In this document: piece by piece, positions 35,821 to 49,358 of the stretch
How the letters are laid out: every line of letters starts with the position of its first letter
Position numbering within the stretch: position 1 is the stretch's first letter
Assembly (NCBI GenBank): GCA_043228905.1
Contig: JBHGNT010000015.1
Location: 13,826,001-13,890,000, forward strand
DNA: 64,000 nt
Reading direction: 5' to 3'
DNA from: Azolla caroliniana
Taxonomy: Eukaryota > Plantae > Polypodiophyta
Made by a program: the position numbers and the translations under genes
The notes under the pieces: model-generated
Databases searched by the model: none
The model's input: the letters and a program-made list of their open reading frames with translations, nothing else
What the model was told of the DNA's origin: nothing

Positions 35821-38800
35821 CAGGTATCGGAGTATCCACTTGGCCGCGTTCCAGTGCTCTTTGCCGGGATTGCTCATGTACCGGCTCACCACTCCGACTG
35901 CATATCCTATGTCCGGTCTTGTACACACCATTGCGTACATCAAGCTTCCGACGGCAGAGGCATATGGTACTTTCATCATGTCCTCCTTCTCAGCCTTTGT
36001 CTTGGGGCTTTGCTTGCTGGACAACTTGCAGTTTGCCGGGAGGGTTGACCCGACCGGTCTTGCTTCCGACATGTTGAACCGGTGAAGCACCTTTGTCACG
36101 TACTTCTCCTGTGACAGCCACAACTGCTTCTTCTTCCGGTCCCGGATGATGTGCATCCCTAGTATTTGCCTCGCCAGACCCAGGTCCTTCATTGAGAAGG
36201 TTCGGTGAAGCGCTTTCTTCAGCATCCGTATCTTGACCTGGTCCCGTCCGACGATCAACATGTCGTCCACGTACAGGAGGAGTATTAGAAAGTCTCCTCC
36301 TTCGAACTTCTTCACAAACACGCAGTGATCGGACTGCGTTTTGTGGTACCCTTCGTCGGTCATGAAAGAGTCGAACTTCCGGTACCATTGCCGTGGAGCC
36401 TGCTTCAGTCCGTAAAGGCTCTTCTTCAACCGGCATACCAGGTGCTCCTTCCCTTTCTTCTCAAATCCTTCCGGTTGCTGCATGTAGATCTCTTCTTCGA
36501 GGTCACCGTGAAGGAATGCCGTCTTCACGTCCATCTGTTTTACCTCGAGGTCCATGCTTGCCGCTATGCTCAGCACTGTCCGGATGGAGGTCATCTTCAC
36601 TACCGGGGCAAATATCTCGTCGAAGTCGACGCCCTTCTTCTGCTGGAACCCCTTCACCACGATCCTGGCTTTGTATCTCGGGGGGTTTCCGGCATCTCCC
36701 GGTTTGAGCTTGAACACCCACTTGTTTCGAAGTGCCCGCTTTCCTTTCGGCAACTCCACAAGTTCATATGTGTGGTTCTCATGCAGGGAATCCATCTCCT
36801 CCTGCATGGCACTTAACCACCTGCGGCTATGGGTGTCAAGCTTTGCTTCTTCAAAACTCTCCGGCTCCCCCTCGTCGGTTAGCAGCACGTGCTCTGGTTC
36901 CGGAAATCTCCGGGGGGCCCTTCTCTCTCTTAGAGGATATCTCCGTTCCGGAGCTTCGGTAACCGGCTCCTCCGTTTCCTCTTCATCCGAATCCATTTCG
37001 GGATCGGGGCCGGTTCCGGTATCAGTTTCATCTTCCTCGGCCTGTTCTGTATCTTCACCGTCTTCGGCCGGATCCTCGAGTGCTAACCGGTCCCTTGCCG
37101 GTCGGGACTGCTCCTCGTAGAGTTGATCCTCACCGGTCGACTTGGAGCTCTTCATCTTCTTCTCCGACTCCCAGTCGGCGAGTGTCTTGTCCTCCATGAA
37201 GATGATATCACGACTCCGGAATATCTTCTTGTCGACCGGGTCCCATACTCGGTAGCCGAACTCGTCATCGCCGTAACCGAGGAATATGCATGGCCGGGTC
37301 TTTGGATCTAGCTTTCCTCTCCGGTCCTTTGCCACATGCACATATGCGAGACACCCGAACACCTTCAGATGCCGGTAGGATACTTCCCTACTGGTCCACA
37401 CTCTCTGCGGCGTGTCTCCGTCCAAAGGTACTGAGGGTGATCTGTTTATCACGTATGTCGCCATCGACATTGCCTCAGCCCAAAACCCCTTGGGTAATTT
37501 CGCATGCGCCAGCATACTCCGGACCCTCTCCATTATGGTCCGGTTCATCCTCTCGGCCAGCCCATTCAGTTCCGGCGTCTTCGGCACGGTAAACTCGAGC
37601 CGGATTCCCTTCGAGCGACAGTACTCCTCGAACTGCCCCCGGTATTCCCCTCCGTTATCCGCTCGTATCGCTTTCAGCTTCTTGCCGGATTCCCTTTCCA
37701 CTCTCGCGTGGAGTTCTTTGAAGACACACAACACTTGGTCCTTTTTTTTCAACGGTGCCGTCCACAGCTTCCGGCTGTGGTCATCAATGAATGTCACGAA
37801 GTACTGGGCTCCGCCATGTGACTTCGTTTCTACTTGACACACGTCAGTGTGCACCAACTCCAATGGTGCGCTACGTCTCGTCGGTGGCCTTGAGTGGAAG
37901 GAGGTTCGGTTCTGCTTACCGGCCAGGCAATCGGTGCACTTCTCCAGGTGCACATGCTTCACTGGAATAAGGTTGTCTTCTGCAAGCCTCTTCATCCCCT
38001 TCTCACTCATGTGGCACAGTCTCTTGTGCCACAGCTCACCGGCAGTGTCGGCTGCCACGTTCAACTCCTCCGGACACAACCAGGCATTCATAAGGTACAA
38101 TGTGTTGACTTTCCGGGCCCGAGCCACTATCAGGCTCCCCTTGCTGAACTTCATTACGCAGTTCCGGATGCTACCTGTGTAGCCTTCATCGTCTAGCCTC
38201 CCGGCCGAAATCAGGTTCAATCGAACCTCCGAAACGTGTCGGACATCCTTCAACAACATTTTGCATCCGGTCGAGGTTGTCAACCACACGTCTCCTATGC
38301 CGGCAATCCGGCACGTACCTTCATTTCCCATCCGAACACAGCCATGCTCACCGGCTGTGTAGGATGAGAAGTATCTTCTTTCCGGGGTCAGGTGGAACGA
38401 CGCTCCGGAATCGACCACCCAGGTAGTCTCATCGCCGGCAATGTTTAGTTCACCTTCTTCGGTGATGAGCATGATCTCCTCTTCACTTGCCGCGAGTGCC
38501 GTCGTTCCTTTCCGGTCCTGCCCTCGCCGATCCGAACCATTCCGGTCCGTGGCTCCCCGGTAAGCACCGTTTCGTTCCGAAGACTTCTTCGAATCGGTGT
38601 CGTCGGCTCCGTTGTCTTTTCGGTAATGCCGACAATTCTTTCGGAAGTGCCCCGGCTTCCCACAGTGGAAGCATGTGGGCCTTCCTCTTGACTGCGACCG
38701 GGTCCCCGACTTCTCCCGTCTTTGCGGACTCCGGTTCCGTTGTCTTCCCCGATCCGATTCGGTAAGCAGCATCTTCGGATCGGAGGCCGGTTCTTTATCT

Positions 38801-39369
38801 CTCCGACGCGCTTCTTCGTTCAAAATGCTTGTCTTTACCATTTGTAGGGACAAGTTATCTTCGGTGCAGGAGGTGCTGAGAGTCACCACCAAGTTCTCCC
38901 AGCTTGCCGGCAATGTACACATCAGGATGATGGCTTGCATTGCATCCTCCAACGGGAACTTCATCGTCGCAAGCTGGTTCACGAATCCCATGAACGTGCT
39001 TATGTGTTCCACCATACTCTCGCCGTCCTGGTACTTGAGGTTCACTATCTTCCTCATCAGGGAGGTCCGGTTCAACGCATTCTTCCTCTCGTAGAGGCCC
39101 GACAGCTTCTGCCACATCTCATATGCGTTGGTGTCGTTCGCCACATGTTGTAGAACGCTCACGTCGACGTATTGCCGAATGGTTGCAACGGCTTTCCGGT
39201 TCAGAAGCCTCCATTCCGTCTCAAGTACCCCCTTGGGTATTTCCGACCTGTCGATCGGTTCATACAGGTCCCGAACAATGAGCAGATCCTCCATCTTTAT
39301 CTTCCAGTCGGCGTAGTTCTGCGCATTCAGCACCATCATCCCCGGCTGCCCGCTGCTGCCGCCTTCCAT
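35632..39369 (-). pseudogene. Duplicated Copia D Gag-PR-IN-RT lacking RNase H, fused in frame to LINE-derived sequence
   Basis: Nearly identical to 28399-32472 up to WILRYLK, then ILYDLSL...FTIEDICIELKKLAPRKASDLQCIKVEM. Confidence 0.85.
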
Positions 39370-39400
39370 TTTCTGCACTGCAGTCGCTCTGATACCAGAT

Positions 39401-40034
39401 TGTTAGAAATTGACGCTTCCAAAACCTTCTCCTCCCGGCCACAACCGAGGAAACACGAATCAATGTAGCAGTAAATCGAAAACACAGAGAGAGACTTGAA
39501 TGCACAGGGTTTAGCGTGGAAAACCCTAGACGGGAAAAACCACGGGAGTGTAAGACTCCAACTATCACTATACGCAGGGAATGTACAATGGCGAGCTGCA
39601 AGGCGACGACCTTGAGCTCGCTGTCCTCGCCACAGGCGGCGGTATTACACAGAGGCGTCAACCTCTTCCTTTCTCTCTCTCTCACTCTCTCTCTCGGCTG
39701 CTCTCACTTCGCTCCCTCTAAGTGGAAAATAGAAAAATGAGCAACAACCACAAAACTGTTTGCCCTAAGTCATATTTATACACATATAACTTTCGGGCTA
39801 TTTACAAATATAGCCTCAAGGGCCCTTGGCAAACATATTCACAAATATGTCCCCGCATCCGGATCTCTCTCCGGGTGCATTCGTCATCCGGCTCCGTAGC
39901 CGGGGTCTTCATCATCCGGATCCGGAACCGGGTCTTCATCATCCGGCTCCGATACCGGGTACTCCTCATTCGGGTCTTCATTCCCGATTCCCGGACATCC
40001 GACCATCCCATCCGGAGGGACCGTAATCCCAACA
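39401..40034 (-). repeat. Duplicated 5' LTR of Copia D
   Basis: Copy of 32504-33137 with the adjacent PBS and the same CTAAT flank. Confidence 0.95.
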
Positions 40035-40470
40035 CTAATTGATATGGGGGTTCTCCAGAGCTTGATTGGAAATAGGAGATTGATTATTATATTAACAAAA
40101 GATGCTTATCACAAGTTGATTGGCAAACATAAGTGGATGGAAGAATGGGTTATAAAGATTTGGGGTTTTCATAAGCCCATTACCTTGTGGTTTCATGTGA
40201 TCAAGGCAAGTTGGTGTTCTTGATTGATGCCACAAGCTAAGGTATTGATTTGGAGAGTTATGAGTGGAGTTTTACCATTGGGGGATACATTAAAAAAAGA
40301 AACATTGCTAGAGGAATGTGTTTTTTTTGCTCAGTGGATTTGGAACATAGTAGATGTGAAGTCAATTTTTGTTCACAAGAAAAGATCGTGGCAAATACAT
40401 TGGATGCTAACTTCTAAGGTGTATAAGAATAAAGCACGATATAAAAGGTTCAAGAGTTAAAAGACGAAGG

Positions 40471-41321
40471 TGGCTTGGGAATAGAGGTGGCATGAGTAGT
40501 TGCAAGGCCTACAGTGCGAGCTTGGAGGACATCGCACATTGTTTGTGGTGCTGCCCACGAGCCCAAGAAATTTGGCTGAGGAGCTTAAGAATCTTGGCTT
40601 GGTTCAGGGTTGAGGTTCATGTATCGAGCGCAACAGTCACTTGGTTGGCCACTAAATCGGCTTCGTGGTTTCAAGGGTGGAATGGAAATCGTCCTTCTTT
40701 AAAGGTGATGCAAGGAACTGTACAACCAGCACAAGGAGGTTCATTCTTCTTACATGAACGCTACGTGGACATATGGTTATTAGTGGTCGCCTTACGGTTT
40801 GGCAAGTGTGGGTATCTAGGTGCAAGGAGGCTTTCGCAAGTAAGCAAACCCCACCGACTGAGAATTTAATGATGATCTGGTTTAATCTTATTTCTATGTT
40901 ACGAGGAGAGTTTGAAAGTCTTCAAGGGCCCTCTGATGCAAGTGAAGAAGCTAGAGCTCTGTTCCTTCTGAAATGGAGTGGTTCGTCGATGCTGCAGATG
41001 GTGGATGGTAAAGCGAAGTGGAATTATCAACCACCACGATGGTTGTCCCCTCCGAGTGTACCTAACATCTAGATGGGTGCTGCCATGAGAGGTGAATGGA
41101 GGACGTTTATGCTGAATTTAGGTTGTATGAGGCTCACATGGAGAGTATGCGTTCGGGTAATGCTATGCACATCGAATGATGTGGTGTTTTGGAGTTGTTT
41201 TTGTTGTTTCCTCTACACATATTGTTTTCTTTTGACATGCAAGATGGCTTGTAAGATATGAGTTGTAAATTATCCTATGTACATTGCCTTAACTAATGGA
41301 AGTAGTATTTTTTTGGAAAAA
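40471..41321 (+). mobile_element. Duplicated 5'-truncated L1-like LINE
   Basis: Copy of 33574-34424 with the same TSD. Confidence 0.8.
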
Positions 41322-41536
41322 AAAAGACGAAGGAACTTAAAGGGATATAAAGTTAGAGGCATTTTTCAAAAGTAGAAAAAGCAAGGAAAAAAGGGAAGTA
41401 GGGAAAAAGGAAGAAAAAGCAAGGCATGGATATGCATATTTAGGCAGAGAAAAAGCTCAAAACTTTTTCATTGCATATGTAAATTTCAAAAGAAAATATG
41501 CATAAAAAAACTCATGACAAGAGATTTCCAAAAAAC

Positions 41537-44350
41537 AACTTGTTTACTCGATTTTTCTTTAGGTGGGGGGTAGCACATTCATTCCATCTATGATTTAATG
41601 GAACTTCAAAGCCAAGATATTTGAAGCTTTCCACACATTTAAGTGGCTCATTATTGTACATTATGTAAATCCTTTTCTTTTTGGGTTCTTCACAAGCATA
41701 ATCTTTGTTTTAGAGCCATGGACACTTAATCTATTATGCATGCAAATTTTTTCGAATGTCTTCATAAGCTTTTCTGCATCTCACAAAGTATTTGCAAAAA
41801 ACACTACATCATCACAAGCATAATCTTTGTTTTAGAGCCATGGGCACTTAATCTATTATGCATGCAAATATTTTCCAATGTCTTCATAAGCTTTTGTGCA
41901 TATTGACAAAAGCATAATGACTACATTCCCAATAGCAACCTTTTCAACACATTCTTCCTTTACAAACGTGGTAGCCATTTTTTCCAATTTATCAATGCAT
42001 AAACCAGATAGAGTTGGTGAGAGTGGGCGTCGTTGCTTAACACCAATAGTGCTATTGAAATAATTTGAAAGTTTATCATCTATACGTACACAACATATAA
42101 CCTTCTCATAGACTTGGGAAATTGCAAGAATATATTCATTGCTACCTTGAGTTCTTCCATTCACCTCCAAAGATGCTCACGAGGTACCATATCAAAAGCT
42201 TTCTTGAAGTCTACGAAGCAACAATATAAACCTATACCTTTGAAGCGACTTTTCTCCATTTATACTCGAAGGGTGACAAGGCCATCGATGATGCTATGGT
42301 GTTTTTCGAAAGCCAATTTGTACATAAGCTCTCTTACCATTTTTTCCAGCCTATGGACTTGTCTTTGATTCCATTATACATCCAAATAATTTCACAATTA
42401 GGGAGCCAACCTTGATGGTTCGATATCGTGTTTATATTACTTACATCTCCATCTTTATGTAAGGGTTTGATCCAATTTGTAGTCCAGTCGTAGGGCATAT
42501 GCTATGTTGCAATGCATGGTTAAATATATCACTTATTCATGCATGTGCTTCCTTTCCCATCCATTTCAACCTTTATACATTGAAGATCACTAGCCTTTCG
42601 AGGGGCCAATTTCTTAAGTTCTATGCATATATCTTCAATTGTAAAGAAGAGAGACATATGTGAAAGAGAACCACAATACATCATCTTTTTGACAAGAGAT
42701 AGATCATATAAAATCTTAGAATGCATAGAAAAGTCAAGAAGAATTAAGTGACCATAACTTTCAACATGTTTCCCCTTTAGATTTCCCCAAAATTTAGCCC
42801 ATGCATTTGCTTTTTCTTGTGTTTGGAGAAATTGTTGAGTAACTTCCTATATTCTCCCCTTTCTTTGAATAAACCTTTGTACTTGTGCAAATGTTTTTAA
42901 TAATTGTCTTTATCCTTTACTATATCCAAAATCATAAGGCATTTTCGAGCTTCATGGCATTATTTATCAAAATGTTTTTTCTTTGAACAACATTTTTTGA
43001 TGCAATTCCAAGATGCATGCTTGGTCGAAAAGCATTTGTTTGTGCATTAGAAAATGACTTTCTTGAAAGTTTACATTTGCATTCTAGTGTGGTTGCATGT
43101 TGTGTCTTTGTCATTTGTAACATATCCTCAAACATCTCTTGGATACATGGGCTTACTTAAGGTTCATGCTCAAGTGTGGTTGTTTATTAACTTCAATGAT
43201 CATAATCAAACCTATGCATATATAAAGTCCTATGATCAGATTTTGGTGTCCGTTCACGAAGTGAGAATTTATGTATGTGATCCAAAATACCTTCGAAAGG
43301 TAGCACATAGTCAATCACACTATTTCCATTATATTTTTTCTTGTAAAACCATTAGTGTCAGGCCATAATGATACACCATTTGCAATAACCATTATGGTAC
43401 TATTGCACATTTGTAGGAGTAACTTCCCAAATTTGTATGGGTCTTGTTAAGCAATAGGAGAGCGATTATATATTTGTATATCCTCTTGCATCCTTGAGAT
43501 ATGCAACATAAAATATTGTTGTGCATCAAGTTGGAAACTTCTTGTATGGGCATTCGTGTCATCAAAGAGAAGTAAGTAATATATAGCCTTCCAGATTGAG
43601 AAAAGGTTGGTCTTTGTTCAAACAAGCATAAAAGTTAGAATCTTGATGAGGAATGTAACATCCAGCTATAAAAGTGGGTAAATCATTATGTGTTTCTATT
43701 TTGAGTGTCATTATTGATCACAAACTTAGGCTAAAAATAATGCAAGACTAAAGTGATTATTTTAAGTTGTTAATTGCATACTTGTTTGTTGCCTTGTAGA
43801 AATGCACTGCATAGCATGAAGCTAGTTTGATTCTATTGGTCATGTATTCCTATTTGATTATTTTTCTATCACTAGAAACATTCTTAACCTTTTTCGTTTT
43901 CCTTTGTATGCTTTACAACTTTTGAAGTGGTATGCTTTCCACTCACAAAGGATTGTGTACCCCCAACTATTTTTGGATATAATCTCCCTCTTTGTATCTT
44001 TGGTTATTGTTAGTCCTTTCTCCTGAACAAGCAACACCTTGTTTTCCAACTCTGTGTGCCCTATACATGTTCACATCTAACATGCCACAATGCATATAAA
44101 AGAATTCTTTGACGATCTTTCCAAATGATACATTTGTTTCCATCCTCCCCTCTTTGATCCAATGGATGTCAATGTCATTCAATCCCCATTCTCATTCTTT
44201 CAATTCCTGAACCCACCTTCTAAGATTGATTTTAACCGATCTTGCGGAATAGTTTCCCTTGTTTTGTCAGTCGTACCCACAGTTCTAGCCATACTTCCCA
44301 TTCGTGCCATACTCATACGTCAATATACGTATCATACTCATACGTAAAAA
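41537..44350 (-). mobile_element. Degenerate LINE: RTE-like RT, upstream ORF2 remnants and ORF1-like remnants
   Basis: RT motifs as at 34640-35820 continue past the duplication boundary at 42717; 43858-44182 has ORF1-like RAHRVGK. Boundaries are approximate. Confidence 0.6.
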
Positions 44351-44409
44351 GGCTCCAAGTATGATTGAAATCCATATGCGATACATAGATATATACATAA
44401 GGTGTACAT

Positions 44410-44465
<56 letters not shown>
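44410..44465. repeat. Compound microsatellite (TG)n(GA)n
   Basis: Direct reading. Confidence 0.95.
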
Positions 44466-44466
<1 letters not shown>

Positions 44467-44911
44467 CTTCTTCTTCTTCTTCTGTTACTAATGCTGAATT
44501 TTTTGTGACTGAATTGCTATTGGACATGGCAGAAGCTCTCCTCCTCCACACCCCCCCAACCCTAGCGTCAGACTCAACCTCTCTGAATCCATCTGAGCCA
44601 ACCACCGTGTGAGCGGACTCCACTGATCGTCTCTTGCCATGTTGAGTGGGATCGTGCTATGGATGTTTTTAGAGCTGCCATATCCTGACCAGTTCCTCCC
44701 AAGTCCGTTGCCCTCTCCACTATGCAAGATATTATGAAACCTCATAAACAAACTATTCTTCACCAAGATGAGAATCAGCTTTTGGAAAATGGTCTTCGAA
44801 CCCTGTTTCTAACTCCTTAGAATTTTGTTTCACTCCTCACTGCTTAGACTTCAGTTTGCAACGAATATCAGAAAAAAAACCCAAAATGAAAAAAAGTAAG
44901 ATTCAAACGAA

Positions 44912-46840
44912 TGTCGCGTATCACACGCAAACGTTCGCATACATCCACCAAATTGGATGTACGCGAATATTAGGAACTAGGGTCGTAACCCATCCGAGTG
45001 GGAAGGTCTAAATAACAGTCTGTACGTGTCACAAGTACAGGGAAGTTAGTATACCACGTAACAATTCGAATAACAGGTTGGTAGGCTGTCGTGGCTCCAA
45101 TTCTTATTTTGCACCACAATACCTTAATCCGATTACTCAAGAGGAGTAATCGACGGTGTTCCTCCAGGAGGGAGTAACACAATTTGGCATGCCCGATTCG
45201 AGCTGTGAGTACACAACGAACACGCGAAGGAGAAAGACCCAGTCGTCGTAACAATGCATTCTAGGGGAACACACTCGGACAACATCCCGACGTGCCAAAC
45301 CAAACGAGAGTGTGATAGATTCCGCTCTTACGGAGCAACCTCTCTCGAAATCGGAAGCACAACCATCAACGTTTCTCGATCCAATTTCGACTAGCGACAG
45401 TAGCTCTGAAGTCAAACAACCTGATGACGGCCACTCACCTCGGGGGATACCGGAGGATTCGGAGGTTCACGCCATGCCTTACCCATACCCCAGATACAAC
45501 GACAAAGGCAAGGCATAGGCACATGTCTGCGCTTTCCTCACCACATGTCCCAACATTTGGCCATGGCCGATACAAAGACATCGAAGATCGCAAAGTTCGG
45601 CTTGACCCTCGATGGCCAAGTAGCAAATTGGTACTCCAAACACGACATGAGTGAGTTTCCATCATTCCAAGAACTATGGGATAGATTCATTCAACTTTTT
45701 CATTGGTAGATTCCTACGGGAGAACTGATGAACCAGTTCTATGCCATCTCTTAGGAACCCCAGGAGTTGGTTCCTCAGTTCATCATTCGGTTCCAGAACT
45801 TATGTAGATAGTTGGCTAGGCAAATCCCGGTTGACGAACTAAAGGACACCTTCCTTACGACTCTCCACGAGCCCCTCCAAACCACCTTGGCACTCCTTTG
45901 ACTTCTCTCAACACATCGAGCCACATTGCGGTGAAGGATTTGCTTTAGCCAACTCCCTTTAACCTTAGTCCCTACGACTTTGCCGCACGAACCACAACTA
46001 TCTCGACATATTTGGTGAACCCAACGTGAAGTCGGCGACAAGGAAAAACGGAGGAGCAAATGAGGCTGATGTGTACAATGATGGAACGAATGATGTGGGA
46101 GCAAGGGATGATGGCAAGCATCGACAAAGTCGTCGACAATATTCTTGCATGAGTAGGAATCTTTGAAGGTATGAGTTTACAATGAAGAAATGCTTAAACA
46201 TGGTGTCGACGCAGCTGCAAAAATTAATAGCTTTAGTCGAGTAACTGAGATTGGGCTACAAGAAAGGATCGAAGAGGTACAAAGGGAGCATCAAACATGG
46301 GCGAATTTCAAAAGAGCATTATTGAATGAATACAACCTCAACAATATGTCAAGGATGACAAGGCGAGCTTTCATGGATTGGGTAGAGTCTGAAAGACATT
46401 TAAGTGTTTTGGAAGTGTTAAAAGAATTTTCTGAAAGATTTGAGCAATTAAATGTTAGTGATAGAAATATAATAATGCCAGATAAAATAATATTGTTTCT
46501 ATAAGCCACTAATATTAAAGACAGGAAGGACTTGGGAATGCTTCTAGAATATCAGAATAGTCCGAGTGGACTTACCGAAGACTAGGAGGAGGTGAAAAGG
46601 GCGTGCGCCCATTTCTATAAAAGAAAGTTATGGTTTATGGAGCTGCCTAAGAGGAAGGGAGACGAAACGGGGAACGACTCGGGGGAAAAGAAAGTAGAAG
46701 ACTCTTGCATGAATTGGTGAAAGGCATGAAAGACTTGTCGATCAAAGTGACAAAGTTGGAATCGGGACAAAGCTCAACTTCGTCAAGGCAAGGAGGTGGA
46801 ATGGTCCGAAGGTTTATGTTATCATGATATAGCATGGTAT
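44912..46840 (+). mobile_element. Degenerate non-chromoviral Gypsy-like remnants, probably two elements (PBS plus gag)
   Basis: CA-ATT-TGGCATGCCC at ~45185 (Arg-type PBS-like) followed by gag-like remnants; CA-TATT-TGGTGAACCCAACGTGA at 46013 followed by gag-like TWANFKRALLNEY. Boundaries are uncertain. Confidence 0.5.
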
Positions 46841-47267
46841 TGTCACGGACACACCAAGTGCGGACTAAGACGGAGCAGGGATGATGAGGCTATGACGAAA
46901 CAATGACGCGAGGAACTTAAGACGGGGAATGACACAAGAGCATAAAGATAGAGATTAAGATTAAGATTAAGGAGAGAAGATGGGCAAAACGGGAATACTA
47001 GATTGATATGTCCATGACTGGTGTTGTTCACCTTGAATTCCTTCAAGGTGAACTCAACTATTTATACTAAGTGGCATGCGTACCTGTTGCACGCATGTGA
47101 TACAATAGAGCATGTAGGCAGTAGGTACGCATGCATGTGCCAAGTGTTAATAATAAAAGGGAGAAATTATGCACATGATGCTAGCTAAAACCTACAATGA
47201 GGAAGTATATACATGATTATATGCTAGATGTGTGGTTAACACATAACACTCGATTACAACATGGTTA
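46841..47267. mobile_element. Possible LTR fragment interrupted by Gypsy F
   Basis: Abrupt TGTCACGG start, (GATTAA)n, minus-strand TATAAAT near 47065; no partner in the window. Confidence 0.3.
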
Positions 47268-47582
47268 TGTCAAGAGTTCTAATCTTGACAGGTATGGCTT
47301 CAAAAGGATTTGAAACCATGACCTTGTGTCACATGAGTTGAAGCTTTACCATTAAGCTATACATTATAATACAAAAATATTATTTCCATTTATTATTTCA
47401 CTTAGGAAATCCATGTATATTCTAGATTTCTCTGGAACATTCTAGAAATGTCAAGAGTATTCCTAAGCCACTATAAAAAGAGGCACATGGCATTATTGAG
47501 AACCAAATCAGTTCAACGCAGTATTAAGCCTCCTAGCTATTCCTGTATATTCTCTTCATATAGTATATATCTTTTGTTATCA

Positions 47583-47638
<56 letters not shown>

Positions 47639-49229
47639 TTTCCTGAGAGTTTCACACCCCTCTTAGTACTAATCCGCATCTTTTAGTACTAATTCCCTCT
47701 CTGTCTTAGTATTATTCCTGACAGTTTGAACCGATTTGGTCCTTCCTTCTATCTTCTTACTTATCCCTCCTTTCTCTAATACTATGGCAACTATTAGTGC
47801 TCAAGAATACCAATCCGTTTTCTCAGAGTTGCATTGTTTGAAAGAGAAGTTTCTCGCATTGAAACAAGAAAATCAACGTATGTTGGGGGATCTTCAACAA
47901 ATCTCCTTAGAAAAGCAGCAAACGCAACAACAACATGGGGAACTAGCGTTATGCATGCAACAACTTGAAGCAACCATTGTAGCGTTGCAACAACAAGGAC
48001 CAAGTACGCAAGGGATTCATAAAGAACCCAAGATCACCCTTCCTATGAAATTCAATGGAACACGATCACAGTTCAGAGGATTCCTTAATCAGGTACGATT
48101 AGTCATTCAAATGCATCCTTCCCGATATCCCACCGATGCATCACGAGTGGGTCTAGTAGGCACATTGTTAAGTGGCTCAACTTTAGCATGGTTCGCTCCG
48201 TTGTTAGAAAAGGAATCTCCATTACTAAATAATTTTGAGGAGTTTATAAGCGATTTTAAAGCTTGTTTTGGAGATACTTATAGCCTAAGGACAACAATCA
48301 ACAAAATCCGACGATTACATCAAGGTGATCATCCCGCCTCCGCATACATTGCACATTTCCGTCTACTCACCTCCGATATCCCCTAAGATGATTGAGCATT
48401 AATGGAACAATTTTGATACGGCCTACGAAATGATGTCAAAGACTTACTCCTGACTTTCCCTAAAGAACCAAAATCACTCACAGAGGCAATCAATCGAGTG
48501 GTAAGATGCGATAACCGGCTTCTCGGACGACGTTCGAAACGCCAATTACAAATGCCAAGGACCAGGTCAGAGCCCACATACACCTCGGTCGCAACAAAAG
48601 CATTTGTAAGGGAGTCATACAATGCATCTCCGGCAAATACTCCAACACCAATGGAAATCGACACCACACGTCGTCGAGGTCCATTGTCGGAAGACGAAAA
48701 GCAACGACGCCGAGCAAATCGATTATGTCTCTATTGCGGAGGGCTAGGGCATATCGCAGTAAACTATCCACATAGACCAAGAAGACAAGTAAATCAAGTA
48801 GTAGCTTGTACTAAACCCGAGTCTATTTCAATTGAGAGATCGAGCTCAACTTAGTTTAGTTAGTTAGTCAACCATGTAACTTCGTAGTTACCTAGATAGA
48901 ATCTAGTTAGAAGTGTTGACTATAACACCTTAAATAGGACCTTGTACTTAAGTGGGATATTCTAGATCCTCCACTCCCAAGTACATTTAATATAGGACTT
49001 ACACTTTTGTGCCTATATTATCCTCACACATGTGCACCCTTGCACATGAAATCTATATATATCTCATTCTAGGTATTTTTGTATGATAATGATGTTTTCT
49101 AATATAGTTACTCATCCCCCATCTTGTGTTGGTCATAAGTGTTAACTTCCTCTCTCTCTCTCTCTCTCTCTCTCTTCCTCTCACACACAAACACACACAT
49201 CACTTAATCTTCTGCTTATCAACTAATCA

Positions 49230-49358
49230 TGTTATGGGCATGACCATATAATATCCCGTGGTGAGAATTTACCATAGTATTCCTTATCCACGTGTATAGT
49301 GTAAAGAATACTACAGTAAATTCTCACCACAGGATATTATATGGTCATGCCCGTAATA
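49230..49358. mobile_element. 129-bp fold-back (MITE-like) insertion in the Copia G 5' LTR
   Basis: ~58-bp inverted arms; 5-bp TSD AATCA; absent from the 3' LTR (empty site AACTAATCACATAATT at ~63390). Confidence 0.9.

Larger units (their letters stand above)
28924..42717. repeat. Tandem segmental duplication, 2 x 6,897 bp (28924-35820 and 35821-42717)
   Basis: All ORFs recur with a 6,897 offset; CTT microhomology at the junction; a few SNPs separate the copies. Confidence 0.97.

Noticed and set aside
35821-40034. An independent second insertion of Copia D
   Set aside because: It shares the same CTAAT flank and downstream LINEs and lacks a 3' LTR, so it is part of the segmental duplication.
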